Below are positions 61,301 through 64,000 of a stretch of DNA of 64,000 nt, piece after piece (position 1 is the stretch's first letter; each line of letters starts with the position of its first letter). The stretch spans positions 63,240,001-63,304,000 of the forward strand of contig NC_083228.1 in the NCBI RefSeq assembly GCF_032191835.1, written 5' to 3'. The notes below the pieces were generated by a model. That model was not told where the DNA came from. It was given only the letters and a program-made list of their open reading frames with translations, and made no database searches. A program made the translations under genes and the position numbers. The stretch comes from Heteronotia binoei. Taxonomy: Eukaryota.

Positions 61301-62374
61301 AAGTCCCAGTTCAGATTATTAAAAGCTTTCTCTGCATCCACCAAAAATAATGCAACTTCCTTCTCTGGATGTCTTTCATAATATTCTACAATATTTACAA
61401 CAGTTCTAATATTGTCTCTTATTTGCCTTTTGGGGAGAAAGCCCGCTTGATCTTCCTTTATAAAATGTATTAAATATTGTTTAAGCCGTTCTGCCAGGAT
61501 TCTTGTGTATATCTTATAATCATTATTTAATAATGAAATTGGTCTATAATTCTTTACATTCGTGACATCTCTATCTTCCTTTGGAATCAACGAAATTACA
61601 GCTTCTTTTCATGTATTAGGTATTTTCCCATTTAATCTTATCGCATTCATCAATTTTTGAAGTTTCGGTATTAATTGATCTTTAAGCATTTTAAAAAATT
61701 TTGCCGTATATCTATCTGGTCCAGGTGCCTTTCCAATTTTCATTACATTAATCGCTGCTTCAATTTCTATTTTTTCAATTGGATCATTCAAATTTTTTCC
61801 ACATATTCAGTTAAGGGTACTATTTTGATCTTTTGCAAATACGTTTCGATCCTTTCTTTCTTTACTTTAACACCCTTAAATAAATTAGCATAGTACTTAA
61901 AAAATTCTCTCTTTATTCCTTCTTGGTCCACCATCTCTTTTCCACCAACCACAATTTTATTAATAATTTTATTTTCTCTCTTTTTCTTCAATTACCAGGC
62001 GAAGTACTTTCCAGGTTTGTTTGCTCCCTCAAAAGATTTCTGTTGTAATTTTTTAAAATTCCATTCCATTTCCTTATTTAACAAATGTCTCATTTGTGTT
62101 TGCAATATTGTAATCTCCCTTATAATTTTCTTTTTCCCTGACCTTTTTCTTAATTCACCTTTTTTCTTAATTTCATTTTGAATGCCCAAGATCTGTTTAT
62201 CTTTTGCTCTCTTATCTTTATTATTCAGTGTTATTAGTATTCCTCTCGTTACTGCCTTATAGGCATCCCATACCGTCTGAAATTCTATATCTTCTCTTTT
62301 ATTAACTTGGAAATAAGCTTAAGTTTCATTTTCTAAAAATGTTACTATTTCTTTATTTTGTAGTAAATCTTCAT
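58327..62374 (-). mobile_element. L1-clade LINE copy 4, 5'-truncated (tether, RT, CCHC, 3'UTR); same subfamily as copy 3
   Basis: KNYRPISLLNNDYKI, VDAEKAF, RQGCPLSPLLF, FADD; 15-bp TSD caaagaaagcacctt at 58312-58326 and 62375-62389. Confidence 0.95.
59402..60239 (+). mobile_element. Solo LTR (838 bp) inside L1 copy 4
   Basis: TGTGG...TCACA termini, 5-bp TSD acatc, TTTATAA ~59733, AATAAA 59846-59851. L1 sequence resumes exactly on both sides. Confidence 0.9.
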
Positions 62375-62884
62375 CAAAGAAAGCACCTTTAAGACCGAGT
62401 GCTAATGTTTTAAGCATGTTTTAAGTTTTTTTTTAAAAAAAATTCTTTAATTGTGTTTGTCTGTGTCCTTTATAAATGTATATCTCTGCTACCTGATCTT
62501 GAATAGGTACACATGTGGCCCAGCCTAAAAAGGTCTCATGTCAGATTTGGCCCTCATAACAAATGAATTTGACACCCCTGCTCTATGGTGTTATATTCAG
62601 CTGAAAGAAGCAATCTTGCCTAGAAAAAGCCTCTGGCTAGCAGCCTCCCCTGTGGCCTGATCCTCGTCTGTCCTGGCATGAGACAGAGGGGAGGGGAGAA
62701 GGAAGAGACAGTGACAGGAAAGAGGCGACACCACAGCCTTTGAGGAAACACTTTGTAAGGCTGCAACAGAGTGGCAGCCCTTTCTAAGGCCAGTTGATGG
62801 AGAGGACACAGAGAAGTGTTGGATATGTGCCAACTCCCTTTGAAGGAACTGAGTTATGCCACTAGTGCCCTGAATGGCCTAGAG

Positions 62885-63019
62885 CAGGAATGGCCAACGG
62901 TAGCTCTCCAGATGTTTTTTGCCTACAACTCCCATCAGCCCCAGCCATTGGCCATGCTGGCTGGGGCAGATGGGAGTTGGAGGCAAAAACATCTGGAGAG
63001 TTACCGTTGGCCACCCTTG
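62885..63019. mobile_element. 135-bp palindromic hAT MITE
   Basis: caggaatggccaacgg...ccgttggccacccttg; perfect TSD gcctagag. Confidence 0.92.
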
Positions 63020-63085
63020 GCCTAGAGAAAAGATGGAGAAAAGGAGCATGCAAAGGCTAAACTAAAAGTGGAAAGAGTAGATCAC

Positions 63086-63832
63086 AGGCCCTTTTCACAC
63101 TTACCAGTGGAAGTCGGAAGGGAGTCGGTATTGTGCTGCCTTGCAGTAATCCGAGACAGGGATGGGAGCTTTCAGACACGTTTTTTTTTCCAATAGGGTT
63201 CCGTGATTGAAGTGAGCCATTTCACACTGTTCCGCTCTTATCTCGCTTCCACCAGCGCCAGCCGTTTTTGCTTGTCGGCTCGCGATCTCCAGCTTATTTT
63301 TTTTTTTTGGGAACGTCGGGCAAAGATCGCTATAGCAACGTATCATAACAGCAACACCATAGAGATGGCTAGGCTCTATTGAGATAAGTTACCAGGTTTC
63401 AGCGACGGCGATATCTGGCATCTTAATGGAGCCCAGACATCCCTATGGTGATGCTGTTGTGATACGTCGCTATAGCGATCTTAGCTGGACGTTCCAAAAA
63501 AAAAAAAAAAAGCCAGAGATCGCACGCACCGGTGGGCGAAAAAGGGCGCGAAAACTGCTCCCGGGTTAGATACTGGACATTTCACACAGCACCCCATAGC
63601 GATTTCAACCCGGAAGAAGGGGTTGAAAAGTGGAAGAAGCTGCTCTTTGTTAGTAACGACTCAGGCATGCCTCACTACCGGGACAGCCGCGGGACTGTGT
63701 GAAAAGGTGAGAGTATTCCGGTAGCAGCCAGTTACTGAATCGGGTCTGTCTGAAATGCCAGCAGAAACCCGTTACTGTTCAGTAACTGACCAGCTGGCAT
63801 ACCGGAATACTTAGGCTGTGTGAAAAAGATCA
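63086..63832. mobile_element. PIF/Harbinger-like non-autonomous element with long internal hairpin
   Basis: Ends ggcccttttcacac / gtgtgaaaaag; CpG-rich; inverted arms 63282-63380/63425-63523. Confidence 0.6.
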
Positions 63833-63892
63833 TAGTCTCACAAGTTTTACCAGATTCTCATGCTGAGTCAACACTAGAGACTTGTAACTTAC

Positions 63893-63944
63893 CATAGTTT
63901 ATAAAGACCAGTTAATTCTTCCAAACTACTCACTGGCCACATTT
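63893..63944 (-). other. Candidate 52-nt exon with strong splice signals and no clear TDRD1 homology
   Basis: cttttctttcttttcag|AAATG...CTATG|gtaagt. Only the phase-1 frame is open (EMWPVSSLEELTGLYKL) and it exits in phase 2. Confidence 0.35.
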
Positions 63945-64000
63945 CTGAAAAGAAAGAAAAGACAGCTCCACACACCTTACGTATGCCAGCTTGCAACCAG

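Larger units (their letters stand above)
57728..62580. mobile_element. hAT non-autonomous element expanded to 4.85 kb by nested insertions
   Basis: TIRs caggggtgtcaaac / atttgacacccctg; flanks share ctctatg; body collinear with 14594-15171 once the inserts are removed. Confidence 0.88.

Overview
Vertebrate (squamate reptile, probably a gecko, judged from its SINE and LINE repertoire) genomic DNA. The only host gene I can support is TDRD1, the piRNA-pathway multi-Tudor protein, on the minus strand. I reconstructed 14 GT-AG coding exons from 53129 down to the stop codon at 9147-9149. Together they give 2,117 nt in one continuous frame (~705 aa), covering extended Tudor domains 2-4 and the C-terminal CCxELxKQ tail. 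The MYND finger and Tudor 1 lie beyond the right edge. Most of the remaining sequence is layered transposable-element debris: four L1-clade LINE copies (one with an inverted 5' end), many L2 and CR1 fragments, a BovB 3' end, two Squam3-like SINEs, Penelope remnants, DIRS tyrosine-recombinase retrotransposon remnants, a Gypsy integrase with its 3' LTR, a solo LTR, and numerous hAT/Harbinger-type MITEs. Most short six-frame ORFs are fragments of these elements or noise. Best leads: (i) a 52-nt copy of a TDRD1 exon in the next intron, with plausible new splice sites (candidate poison exon); (ii) an inverted pair of closely related L1 copies bracketing seven phase-1 exons, whose back-spliced circle would be a stop-free 372-codon ORF; (iii) L1 copies with long TSDs but no poly(A) tail; (iv) a twin-priming-type L1 5' inversion; (v) a multi-level nested insertion with readable TSDs. 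All functional interpretations are inference. No alignments or database searches could be run, and identities were judged by eye.
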